From the NCBI GenBank assembly GCA_963742735.1, contig CAVUMN010000001.1, positions 1 to 64,000 of the forward strand: a DNA stretch of 64,000 nucleotides, in the 5' to 3' direction. A model generated the notes under the pieces. It was not told the DNA's origin. It did not search any database and worked only from the letters and a program-made list of their open reading frames with translations. The translations under genes were made by a program, and so were the position numbers. The DNA is from an uncultured Actinomycetes bacterium (lineage in GTDB: Bacteria > Actinomycetota > UBA4738 > JBBDTT01). Each line of letters opens with the position of its first letter. The stretch's first letter is position 1. Below are positions 47,899 through 57,052 of this stretch, one piece after another.

Positions 47899-49131
47899 CT
47901 ACGCCATCTCGAAGAGCTCGAGCTCCAGGAACAGCCGGTGGTCGAGCTTGTCGCGCTTCGCCTGCAGGTAGCGCAGGTTCTCGGGGGTCGGCTCGGTCTG
48001 CAGCGGCACGCACTCGCTGACGATCACGCCGAGCTCCTCGAGCCCGCGGCACTTGGCCGGGTTGTTGGTGAGCAGCCGAACCGACTGGATCTCGAGGTCG
48101 CGCACGATCTGCGCGGCCGCCTCGTAGGTGCGGATGTCGGCCGGCAGCCCCAGCGCCAGGTTCGCGTCGACCGTGTCGAGGCCCTCGTCCTGGAGCTCGT
48201 AGGCGCGCAGCTTGTCGAGGATGCCGATCCCCCGTCCCTCGTGGCCCTTCACGTACACGATGACGCCCCGGCCGATCGCCGCGATCTCGCGCATGGCCTC
48301 GTGGAGCTGGGCGCGGCAGTCGCAGCGCAGGCTGCCGAAGACGTCGCCGGTCAGGCACTCCGAGTGGATCCGGGTGAGCACGTCCTCCCCGCCCTCCGCC
48401 GGTCCGAACACCAGGGCGATGTGCTCCCGGTTGTCGGTGCCCGACCGATAGCCGAGGCCGCGGAACTCGCCGAAGGGCGTGGGGATGCGCGCCTCGGCGA
48501 TGCGTTCGATCAGGACCTCGCTGCGCTGCCGGTACGCGATGAGGTCGGCGATCGTGACCAACAGGAGGCCGTGGGTCTTCGCCACCTCGACCAGATCCGG
48601 CAGGCGGGCCATGGAACCGTCGGCGTTCATGACCTCGCAGATCACCCCGGCCGGCTCGAACCCTGCCAGGCGGGCCAGGTCCGTCGCGGCCTCGGTGTGG
48701 CCGGCGCGCTCCAGCACGCCCCCCGGCCGCGCCGCGAGGGGGAAGACGTGGCCCGGCGTGCGGAACTCGTCGCCCCGGGCGTCGGGGGAGACCGCCCGGG
48801 CGATGCACCGCGCGCGGTCGTGCGCGGAGATGCCGGTGTTCACGGGGGTGTGGAGGTCGATGGAGACGGTGAAGGCCGTCCCCTTCGGGTCCCGGCTTCC
48901 GGCGACCATGGGTCGCAGGCCGAGGTCGGCGGCGCGGCGACCGGTGATCGGAAGGCACACCAGTCCCCGGCCGTGGGTGACCATGAAGTTGATGGCGTCG
49001 GGGGTGACCATCTCCGCGGCCATCACGAAGTCGCCCTCGTTCTCACGGTCCGGGTCGTCCACGACGATGACGATCTCGCCGCGGCGGATGGCGTCGATGG
49101 CATCCTGGATGCGGGCGAATGGGTGGGTCAC
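47899..49131 (-). CDS. ribBA: Bifunctional DHBP synthase / GTP cyclohydrolase II
   Basis: DDPDRENEGD, TAFTVSID, PGHVFPL, RAGHTEA, RIHSECLTGDVFGSLRCDC, EGRGIG, LLTNNP. Confidence 0.95.
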   Translation of the reverse strand: MTHPFARIQDAIDAIRRGEIVIVVDDPDRENEGDFVMAAEMVTPDAINFMVTHGRGLVCLPITGRRAADLGLRPMVAGSRDPKGTAFTVSIDLHTPVNTGISAHDRARCIARAVSPDARGDEFRTPGHVFPLAARPGGVLERAGHTEAATDLARLAGFEPAGVICEVMNADGSMARLPDLVEVAKTHGLLLVTIADLIAYRQRSEVLIERIAEARIPTPFGEFRGLGYRSGTDNREHIALVFGPAEGGEDVLTRIHSECLTGDVFGSLRCDCRAQLHEAMREIAAIGRGVIVYVKGHEGRGIGILDKLRAYELQDEGLDTVDANLALGLPADIRTYEAAAQIVRDLEIQSVRLLTNNPAKCRGLEELGVIVSECVPLQTEPTPENLRYLQAKRDKLDHRLFLELELFEMA

Positions 49132-49157
49132 GCGGCGCTCCCCCCGTCTCACGTGGT

Positions 49158-49194
49158 GTTCGCTATAGCGAACAGCCAATCACAATGACAAACG
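49158..49194. promoter_or_regulatory. Tandem IclR-type operator, copy A
   Basis: Perfect palindrome GTTCGCTATAGCGAAC plus a degenerate repeat 20 bp away. 29/36 identical to 55675-55710. Confidence 0.7.
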
Positions 49195-49243
49195 AAGGGT
49201 ACGTCGGTATGATGCGCTCCGTCAAGCCCCGAGGAGAGCCTCG

Positions 49244-50044
49244 ATGGACGTCCTGAAGGTGTTCGATCTGACCGGCCGCGCCGCCGTCGTCACGGGCGGC
49301 GGGAGCGGCATCGGGCGCGCCACGGCGCAGGTCCTGGCCGGCGCCGGTGCCGGCGTGGTGGTCGGCGACATCGTCGAGACCGGTGCCAAGGAGACGGTCC
49401 GCATGATCGAGGAGGCCGGCGGCAAGGCGGTCCCCCACCTGGTCGACGTGACGGAGCGGTCCCAGGTCGAGGAGCTCGTCGACCGGGCCGTGCAGGAGTA
49501 CGGGCGGCTCGACGCCATGGCGAACGTTGCCGGCGTGGCCGCCGACGGCTCGATCATGGACACCACCGAGGAGTTCCTGGACCGATCGTTCGCCATCAAC
49601 CTCAAGGGCGTGCTCTTCGGCTGCCAGGCCGCGGTCCGGGTCATGCAGGGACAGGAGACGGGCGGCTCGATCGTCAACGTCTCTTCCACCGCCATCGACG
49701 CCCCCGCGAGGAACTACGGCGTCTACGCCATGGCCAAGGCCGCGGTCGCGCAGCTGACGAAGACGCTGGCCCTGGAGGTCGGCAGGAACAACATCCGCGT
49801 GAACACGATCGCCCCGGGCATGACCATCACCCCGTTCACCAGCCGGCACCTGAACGAGCCGGACGGCTCGATGAACCAGGAGAAGTACGACGCGTTCGTC
49901 GAGCAGATGAAGAAGCTCTCGCCGCTGAAGCGCGTGGGCGAGCCCGAGGACCAGGCCTACCTCATCCTGTACCTGGTCAGCGACGCCGCGAAGTTCTCGA
50001 CGGGCACGATCTGGCGCGCCAACGGCGGCCAGGCCATGCTCTAG
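49244..50044 (+). CDS. SDR oxidoreductase
   Basis: TGGGSGIG, NVAG, YAMAK. Confidence 0.9.
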   Translation: MDVLKVFDLTGRAAVVTGGGSGIGRATAQVLAGAGAGVVVGDIVETGAKETVRMIEEAGGKAVPHLVDVTERSQVEELVDRAVQEYGRLDAMANVAGVAADGSIMDTTEEFLDRSFAINLKGVLFGCQAAVRVMQGQETGGSIVNVSSTAIDAPARNYGVYAMAKAAVAQLTKTLALEVGRNNIRVNTIAPGMTITPFTSRHLNEPDGSMNQEKYDAFVEQMKKLSPLKRVGEPEDQAYLILYLVSDAAKFSTGTIWRANGGQAML

Positions 50045-50115
50045 AGTCGTCCCGGATAGGTTGCGACAGGAAGGTTCACTTCCGAGGCAATCGAGCGCGA
50101 GCCTCCGGGTTTGCC

Positions 50116-50146
50116 AAGAGGCAGGGGCCACGGCTCCTGCCTCTTT
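50116..50146 (+). terminator. Intrinsic terminator-like hairpin
   Basis: AAGAGGCAGGGGC-CACG-GCTCCTGCCTCTT followed by T, downstream of the SDR. Confidence 0.7.
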
Positions 50147-50176
50147 CCGTTGGCCGGGGGGGTACCGTCGGCAGTC

Positions 50177-50917
50177 ATGAAGCGCGCCCTGCGGGTCTCG
50201 GCGGTGGTGCTCGGGCTGTCGGTCCTGGTCCTGGGCGCGGAGGTGCTCCTGGCCGTGAACCGGCGATACCAGCCCACGTCGCCCGCGCTGGACCTCGACG
50301 CCGCGTTCGGTCCGGCCGGTGGCGAGCCGCTGAGGTTCGTGGTGCTCGGCGACTCGACCGGCGCGGGCGTCGGCGCGGGCGACGCGAGCCACGCGTTCCC
50401 CACCCTGCTGGCGGAGCGCCTGGCGGCCGGGGGGCGCCGGGTCGAGCTGCGCGTGTTCGCCGTCTCGGGCGCTCGGGTCCGCGACGTGCGGATCCACCAG
50501 GTCCCGCGGGCGGTCGACGCGCGCCCCGACCTGGTCTTCGTCGCGATCGGGGGCAACGACGCGACGCATCTCACGGGCCTGAAGGGACTCCGTGAGGACA
50601 TGGGGGCCGCCCTGGACGCCCTCGTCGCGACCGGCGCGACCGTGGTCGTGTCCGGCCCCGGCGCGATGAACACGCCGAACTTCCTGCCGCCGCTGCGGCA
50701 GCTGATCGGCTGGCGGGGGCGGAGCGTGGAGGCCGCGATCGAGCGCGCCGCCGAGGAACGGGGTCTGGCGACCGTCCAGCTCCGGGAGCGCACCGGAGAG
50801 CTGTTCACGGGCGACCCCGAGACCTTCTTCAGCGACGACTTCCACCCGGGTCCCGCCGGCTACGCCGCCTGGGCGGAAGCCATCGGGCCCGTGCTCGAGC
50901 GCGCCCTGAAGACCTAG
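50177..50917 (+). CDS. SGNH/GDSL hydrolase with N-terminal anchor
   Basis: LGDSTGAG, VSGA, GGND, DDFHP. Confidence 0.9.
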   Translation: MKRALRVSAVVLGLSVLVLGAEVLLAVNRRYQPTSPALDLDAAFGPAGGEPLRFVVLGDSTGAGVGAGDASHAFPTLLAERLAAGGRRVELRVFAVSGARVRDVRIHQVPRAVDARPDLVFVAIGGNDATHLTGLKGLREDMGAALDALVATGATVVVSGPGAMNTPNFLPPLRQLIGWRGRSVEAAIERAAEERGLATVQLRERTGELFTGDPETFFSDDFHPGPAGYAAWAEAIGPVLERALKT

Positions 50918-50968
50918 AGCCTCCGCGGTCGGTTCGCCCGGGCCCTCGGGGGGAACAATGCCCCCGCG

Positions 50969-51835
50969 ATGCGATGGAAGCGCGGGCGCGGGCGTTCGAT
51001 GATCGAGGACCGCCGGGGTCAGGGCGGCGGCTTCCCCGGGCTCGGCCGTTCCGGAGGCGGGCTCGGGATCCCGCTCCCCCGCGGCAAGGGCGGCATCGGC
51101 GGGATCGTGATCCTGCTGATCGTCCTGTTCGTGCTCTATCGCAGCGGGGCCTTCGGCGGGGGCGGGCCGGCCAGCGGGCTGCAGGGCGCGCCCGATCCGA
51201 ACGACTCGCTGGCGGACTTCGTCGGCTTCGTCGTGGAGGACGTCCAGACCGAATGGCAGCGGCTCTTCCCGGAGGACGGCCGGACCTATCAGGTGACGAA
51301 GCTCGTCCTGTTCGAGCAGGGCACGGAGACGGGGTGTGGCTTCGCCTCGTCCGACGTCGGGCCGTTCTACTGCCCGGCCGACCGGAAGGTGTACATCGAC
51401 CTCGGGTTCTTCCAGGAGCTCAACCAGCGCTTCGACGCGCCGGGCGACTTCGCCCAGGCGTACGTGATCGCCCACGAGTTCGGCCACCACGTCCAGACGC
51501 TGTTCGGCACCGAGCCGCGGGTCCGCGAGGAGCAGCAGCGCCGTCCCAACGAGGCCAACGAGCTGTCGGTTCGGATGGAGCTCCAGGCCGACTGCTACTC
51601 GGGCGTGTGGGCGCACAGCGCGTACGAGGAGAACCTGCTCGAGACGGGCGACCTCCAGGAGGGCCTCGACGCCGCCGCGGCCGTCGGCGACGACCGGATC
51701 CAGCGCTCGGCGGGCCAGCGGGTCGACCGCGAGTCCTGGACCCACGGCTCCAGCGAGCAGCGGATGCAGTGGTTCACCGAGGGCTACGAGTCCGGTGACC
51801 CCGGCGCCTGCGACACCTTCAGCGCCAGCATCTAA
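50969..51835 (+). CDS. Neutral zinc metallopeptidase (YpfJ-like)
   Basis: EDRRG, GPFYCPAD, AHEFGHHVQ, ELQADC, WTHGSSEQR. Confidence 0.92.
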   Translation: MRWKRGRGRSMIEDRRGQGGGFPGLGRSGGGLGIPLPRGKGGIGGIVILLIVLFVLYRSGAFGGGGPASGLQGAPDPNDSLADFVGFVVEDVQTEWQRLFPEDGRTYQVTKLVLFEQGTETGCGFASSDVGPFYCPADRKVYIDLGFFQELNQRFDAPGDFAQAYVIAHEFGHHVQTLFGTEPRVREEQQRRPNEANELSVRMELQADCYSGVWAHSAYEENLLETGDLQEGLDAAAAVGDDRIQRSAGQRVDRESWTHGSSEQRMQWFTEGYESGDPGACDTFSASI

Positions 51836-51841
51836 CCGGTC

Positions 51842-52711
51842 CTAGGCCGGCGGCTTTCCGTGGATGGCCTTCGTGACCCGCTCGCTCGCAGTCAGCAGGC
51901 GCTCGGCGTGGCGTTCGACGGTCTTGCCATCCACCGGGCCCTGGAAGCCGATGAGGAACAGGCCGAGCGCGACCGCGCCCTCGGGACCGAAGGCCGGAGC
52001 GCCGATGTGGCTGAGCCGGTAGGTCGCCTTCGGGTCGACGTCGATCAGGGCGTAATCCTCCTTGCGCAGGCCCTTGATCCCCTCCTCCACCGTGGGGCCG
52101 TTGTCGTCCTCGCGGCGGAGCGCCCGCAGGAGCAGTTGCGCGTCGCCCTCGAGGCCGACCGAGTAGCCGCGATCCCGAACCGCCGCCACCGCGCGCGCGA
52201 ACCGGTCGGCCGCCTCCTTCCCGATGGGTCCGAGGCGCTTCAGCCACGTCTCGATCTCCTTCGGGGGCCGCCACGCCACGAACACCGCGCCGATCGGGGG
52301 CAGCAGTGGGAGGCGCTGTCCGGGCAGGACGGTGATCTCGAACGGCCTCGGCGCGCCGGTTCGGGCGAGGATCACGATCTCGTCGCCGATCGCCGCGCTG
52401 GCCACGCCGTCGAGCCCCAGGTCTTCGCTCAGGGCGTTGAGCTCGGGGATCGCGGCGTCCACCGCGGGCTGGGACTGTCGCGCCGCCGATCCGAGGGCCA
52501 CCAGCGCGGGACCGAGCCCGAACGTCTTGGCCTCAGGATCGCGCGCCAGGTATCCGGCGTCGCTCAGCGCCCACAGGATCGCGTGCAGCGTGGCCTTGTT
52601 GAGCTTCGTGTCGCGGGCGATCTCGGAGAGCGAGAACCGGTCCCCGGGCCGCGACGCGAGCAGGTTCAGCACCGCGATCGAACGCTCGATGGCCGGCGCG
52701 CGCCTGGGCAT
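51842..52711 (-). CDS. IclR-family transcriptional regulator
   Basis: APAIERSIAVL, SLSEIAR..LNKAT, LGPALVALG, VRDRGYS. Confidence 0.9.
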   Translation of the reverse strand: MPRRAPAIERSIAVLNLLASRPGDRFSLSEIARDTKLNKATLHAILWALSDAGYLARDPEAKTFGLGPALVALGSAARQSQPAVDAAIPELNALSEDLGLDGVASAAIGDEIVILARTGAPRPFEITVLPGQRLPLLPPIGAVFVAWRPPKEIETWLKRLGPIGKEAADRFARAVAAVRDRGYSVGLEGDAQLLLRALRREDDNGPTVEEGIKGLRKEDYALIDVDPKATYRLSHIGAPAFGPEGAVALGLFLIGFQGPVDGKTVERHAERLLTASERVTKAIHGKPPA

Positions 52712-52713
52712 CG

Positions 52714-53688
52714 CTAGGCCTCCGCCTTCACGCCGGCCAACGCGGCGACGCGCGGCCCCGCCGCGGCGGCGATCGCACGGTGGCCGTCGTCGTCGGGGTG
52801 CAGCCCATCGTGCAGCTGCGCCTCGGTGATCAGCCCCGCGCCGCCCAGGAGCTCGAGGTGGGCGTCCCCCGCCTCGATCCGGGCCTGGACGACGTTCTCG
52901 ATCGCGGCGCGCAGGCCCCGGAGCGTGGCGCCCAGGCGGTTCGGCGTCTCCTCGGCGTCGGGACGCAGGACCGGGCTCACCACCAGGATCGGCGCCTCCG
53001 GGTGTCCCTGGCGGACGATCTCCAGGAAGGCGACCGTACCCTCGAGCACCATCCCCACGCTGTGGGGCGTGCGCGTCCAGCAGTTCGTCCCGTGGCAGAT
53101 GGTGACCACGTCCGCGTCGAGCTCCGCGACGTGCTCTGCCGAGACGATCTCTCCGCGGGCCGATCCGTTGTAGCCCATGTTGACGGCGTCCAGACGGTGC
53201 TCACGACTGACTCGGCTGACCCAGCCCAGCGCCGGCTCGGACGCGCTCCAGCCCGCGGCGATGCTGTCCCCGTAGACCACCCAGCGCGGCCCGGTCGGCG
53301 CCGGCTCGAGCGATCCGCCGATCCCCTCCACGCTCGTGATCTCCGGACGAAGCACCTCCGGCAGGTACACGACGTCACCCATGGGCACGCGGACGACGCC
53401 CTCGCCCACCATCGCCTCAGCCTCCCCCAGCTTCTCCACGCCCCTCCAGGACGAGAACGCCGGCGTAACGGGTCGCGAGTGCGGGTCCGGTTTCCCGTTC
53501 GCGTTCCGGTAGGCGATCTCCACCTGGGACGCGTCGCCCTGGAGCTCGAGGCGAACGCCGACCGGCGCCTGGGCCTGGTACCAGGTGTCGACGGGCAGGC
53601 GCATGAAATCGTCCGGCTTCGCGCGCGGGTACGGCACCTTCGCGGCGCCGGGCCACGCGATGCCGCGGAGGAAGGGTCCGGGATCCAC
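52714..53688 (-). CDS. SGNH/GDSL hydrolase
   Basis: YGDSI, NMGYNG, GTN, DGLHP. Confidence 0.88.
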   Translation of the reverse strand: MDPGPFLRGIAWPGAAKVPYPRAKPDDFMRLPVDTWYQAQAPVGVRLELQGDASQVEIAYRNANGKPDPHSRPVTPAFSSWRGVEKLGEAEAMVGEGVVRVPMGDVVYLPEVLRPEITSVEGIGGSLEPAPTGPRWVVYGDSIAAGWSASEPALGWVSRVSREHRLDAVNMGYNGSARGEIVSAEHVAELDADVVTICHGTNCWTRTPHSVGMVLEGTVAFLEIVRQGHPEAPILVVSPVLRPDAEETPNRLGATLRGLRAAIENVVQARIEAGDAHLELLGGAGLITEAQLHDGLHPDDDGHRAIAAAAGPRVAALAGVKAEA

Positions 53689-53698
53689 GTTCAGCCGC

Positions 53699-54496
53699 TC
53701 ACGGGGACAGGGGGAAGGGGAACTTCGCCGTGGCGCCCCCGTCCACCACGAGCGTCTGCCCGGTCACGTGCGAGGCCAGGTCGGAAATCAGGAACAGGAT
53801 CGCGGCGGCGATCTCCGAGGTCTCCGCCACGCGCCCGAGCGGAACCTGCTTCGACTGGACCTCCCGGCCACGTTCGCCGATCAGCTCCTGCACCCGGGGC
53901 GTCCACACCACGCCCGGGGCCACGGCATTGACGCGGATGTTGCTCGGCCCGAGCTCGACGCCGAGCGAACGGACCCACGAGATCAGCGCGGCCTTCGCCG
54001 CGCCGTAGAACGCATGGCGCGGCGCGGCGGTGATCCCGCTGATCGACGCCACGAACACCATCGCGCCCCCGCCGTCCTCGGCCATGGCCCGCCCCGCGGC
54101 CTGGGAGAACAGCACCGCGTGACGAAGGACCATCCCGTAGGTCCAGTCCCAGTCGTCGTCGCTGGTGTCGAGCGAGTCGACGTAGCGGGCCATCCCGACG
54201 ATGTCCACGAGCGCGTCGATCCGTTCGAGCTGCGAGCGCGCCTCGGCCACCGCCCGCTCGACGTCCTCCCGCTCCCGCGCGTCGCCGCTCCACCCGATCC
54301 CCCCGATCTCCTCGGCGATCTCCTTGGCCAGGTTCTCGTCGACGTCGATGCAGAACACCTTCGCGCCGACCGAGGCCAGCGCGTGCGCGGTCTGCCGCCC
54401 GATCCCGTTGCCGGCGCCGACGACCACGACGCCTCGCCCGTCCAGGCGCAGCAGGTCGGGGTACGAGGGGACGGGGCTGTCGTCGACGCTCGTCAT
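53699..54496 (-). CDS. SDR oxidoreductase
   Basis: GAGNGIG, YGAAK, GQTLVVDGG. Confidence 0.9.
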   Translation of the reverse strand: MTSVDDSPVPSYPDLLRLDGRGVVVVGAGNGIGRQTAHALASVGAKVFCIDVDENLAKEIAEEIGGIGWSGDAREREDVERAVAEARSQLERIDALVDIVGMARYVDSLDTSDDDWDWTYGMVLRHAVLFSQAAGRAMAEDGGGAMVFVASISGITAAPRHAFYGAAKAALISWVRSLGVELGPSNIRVNAVAPGVVWTPRVQELIGERGREVQSKQVPLGRVAETSEIAAAILFLISDLASHVTGQTLVVDGGATAKFPFPLSP

Positions 54497-54517
54497 CGAG
54501 GCGCCCTCCCGGGCTGT

Positions 54518-55659
54518 CTACTTGGCGGTGACGGTCGCGGTGGTCTCGACGTCGCGCTTGTCGAGTTCGGGGATCACGTGCTTCCCGAGCAGCTCGAGCG
54601 TGCGCATGATCGATTCGTGGGACAGCGAGCCGAACTGCACGTAGCAGATCAGCTGCTCCACCCCGAGGCTCTCGTACCGAAGGATCTTCTCCATGCACTG
54701 ATCGGGGTCGCCCACGATGATCATGTCGGCCTGGTGGAAGACCTGGACGTCGAGATCGCCGGACGCGTGCTTGCGCAGGAGCGGGAAGATCTGGTCCTTC
54801 TCCTCCTGCGACAGGTGGGGGAACTCCCACTCGAGGGTGAACTCGGCGAGGTTCTTGTACCACCACCACACGGACTCCCAGATGCCGTTCTCCTCGCACT
54901 GGGCCAGCGAGTCGGCGCAGTGGACCAGCGTGTACGCGGCCACCCGGTTGTTGTGCACGCGGGTGATCGGCTTGGCGGTCTCCTGCGCGGCCGCGGTAGT
55001 CGCGTGATGTGCTGGGCCATCTTCTCGAGCGGCTGCATGATCGCGAAGGACAGCAGGCCCAGGCCGAGCGAGCCGGCGACGGCGCTCGAGCCCTGCGAGG
55101 TCGCGGCCATCCACGCCGGCGGATGCGGGTCCTGCACCGGCTTGGGCGTGACCATGCGCCGCGGGAAGTCGAACGTCGGCGAGTGGTACTCGAAGTACTC
55201 CGACTCCCACATGCCGCAGATGATCTCCAGGGCCTCCTGCCACTGCTCGCGGCTCTTCTCGCGGTCGACGCCGAACGCGATCTGCTCCATGGGGGTCGAG
55301 CGGCCGGTGCCCCACTCGACGCGGCCGCCGGACAGGATGTCGACGGTGGCGACCTTCTCCGCGACGCGCGCGGGGTGGATGAACTGGAACGGCAGCAGCG
55401 TCACGCCGAAGCCCAGGCGGATCTGCTCGGTGACCTGGCTGAGCGCGCCGAGGACGACCTCGCTCGCCGGCGAGTGCGAGCGGCCCTCGCGGAAGTGGTG
55501 CTCCACGGACCAGACGGTCTTGAACCCCATCTGGTCGGCCAGGCGGATCTGCTCGAAGGCCTCCTTGTAGGCCTTCTGCTCCGCCTCGCGCTGCCCGTAC
55601 GGGTGGGGCTTGCCCCACGGCTTCGGCACGTCGATCTCGTAGAGGACGTCCAGCTTCAT
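54518..55659 (-). CDS. Luciferase-like (LLM) flavin-dependent oxidoreductase; frameshift near 55000
   Basis: VWSVEHHF, HPARVAEKVATVDILSGGRVEWGTGR, PKPVQDPHPP. C-terminal half (IVGDPD...GKHVIP) is in another frame. Confidence 0.85.
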
Positions 55660-55674
55660 CCGTCCGCCTCCTCT

Positions 55675-55710
55675 TTCGCTATCGCAAACGACCGGTCACA
55701 ATGGCAAACG
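55675..55710. promoter_or_regulatory. Tandem IclR-type operator, copy B
   Basis: TTCGCTATCGCAAACGACCGGTCACAATGGCAAACG, 15 nt upstream of the LLM ATG. Confidence 0.7.
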
Positions 55711-55757
55711 CCAGTATCCCCAGGGGGCCCCGGGCCTGTCAAGGCGGATCCCGGTGC

Positions 55758-56420
55758 CTAGAGGCTCGGAGCCGGACGGCCGGTGACCCCCGAGAAGAGG
55801 ATCGTGGTTACGCTGCGGCGCATGTCGTCGGTCTTGATCCCCCAGAACTCGAAGCCGTAGCGATGGGCGGCGACGTGGACGAGCAAGGACACGAGCGCGG
55901 CGGCCTGGGCCATCGGCTCGGGGCCGCGGCGGGTCCGGCGCTGGGCGCTCTCGATGGCCCGGCGGAGGCTCTCCGTGACCTCGTTGAGCAGGTGGGTGCG
56001 CACGTTCTGGAACCGCATGTCGCCCTCCGCGGTGGAGAGGTCCACCACGCGCAGCACGGCGCGGTGCCGCTCCCACAGGTCCAGGATCGCGTCGACCAGG
56101 TCCTCCGACGCGCTGTATCCGTTGCGGCCCCGCCAGTCGGCGTCGTCGATGATCGCGGTGAGCTTCGGCGCCTCGTCGGCCAGCGCGCGAGCCAGGACCA
56201 GGACGGCCGCCTCCACGTCCTCGAAGTACTGGTAGAAGGTCGCCGGCGAGGTCCCCGCGCACTCCGCGATGTCGACGACCGACAGGTCCCGGTAGGACGT
56301 CTTCTCCAGGAGCTCGGCGGTGCAGGCCAGGAGGCGCTCACGCGTTGCCCGGCCCCGCTTTCCGGGCACCCGCCCGTCGACGGCGGGGAGGTCCTCGGGG
56401 ACGGGGCGCAGGTCGGCCAT
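55758..56420 (-). CDS. TetR-family transcriptional regulator
   Basis: RATRERLL...SVVDIAECAGTSPATFYQYFED (HTH). Confidence 0.92.
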   Translation of the reverse strand: MADLRPVPEDLPAVDGRVPGKRGRATRERLLACTAELLEKTSYRDLSVVDIAECAGTSPATFYQYFEDVEAAVLVLARALADEAPKLTAIIDDADWRGRNGYSASEDLVDAILDLWERHRAVLRVVDLSTAEGDMRFQNVRTHLLNEVTESLRRAIESAQRRTRRGPEPMAQAAALVSLLVHVAAHRYGFEFWGIKTDDMRRSVTTILFSGVTGRPAPSL

Positions 56421-57052
56421 CAGATCTCCTCCAACCACTCGCGGATCACGTCGTCGGTGGTCACCACCGTTGCCAGCAGCGACAGCGTGTTGTCGATGAT
56501 CGTCTCGGCGTACTCCTCGGGGACACCCGCCACGGCGTCGCGTGGCAGTACGAACTCGTAGCCGAGGTTCACGGCGTCCATGACGAAGTTCGTGATCCCC
56601 ACGTTCACCGAGACGCCCGCCCCGATGATCGTCCTCACCCCGAGGTTGCGCAGGACCGCGTCGAGGTCGGTCCCCGCCATCGGCCCGATGCCGTGGTACC
56701 GCGACAGCACGATGTCCGTGGGCTGGAGGGCGACCTCGTCCACGAGCTGCACGGCCTCGCTGTCGGGGGTGAGGGCCACCTCGGAGTTGACGGCCGCGGT
56801 GAACAGCCGCGCGTTCGTGTTCGAGCCGGCCCCGTCGAGCCGCCGCATGGCCACGCAGTGGATGACGGCGGCGCCGGCCACCCGGGCCGCGCGAGCCAGG
56901 CGGCCGCAGTTCTCGAGCATCCCCTGCTGCGCGATCTTCGCCAGCTCCGGGAAGACCGCCGGCTCCCCCACCACGCCCTTCTGGATCTCCTGTGTGACGA
57001 GCGCCGTGTGCACCGGAAGGATCAGCCCGCGCAGGTCGTCGTGCCCGCTCAC
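56420..57052 (-). CDS. Isochorismatase-fold hydrolase lacking the catalytic Cys
   Basis: ALVTQEIQ, LRNLGVRT, GVSVNVGI, DAVNLGY...DAVAG. Confidence 0.82.
   Translation of the reverse strand: MSGHDDLRGLILPVHTALVTQEIQKGVVGEPAVFPELAKIAQQGMLENCGRLARAARVAGAAVIHCVAMRRLDGAGSNTNARLFTAAVNSEVALTPDSEAVQLVDEVALQPTDIVLSRYHGIGPMAGTDLDAVLRNLGVRTIIGAGVSVNVGITNFVMDAVNLGYEFVLPRDAVAGVPEEYAETIIDNTLSLLATVVTTDDVIREWLEEI

Noticed and set aside
49132-49243. FMN riboswitch upstream of ribBA
   Set aside because: The gap is too short and lacks RFN consensus sequences. A DNA operator explains it.
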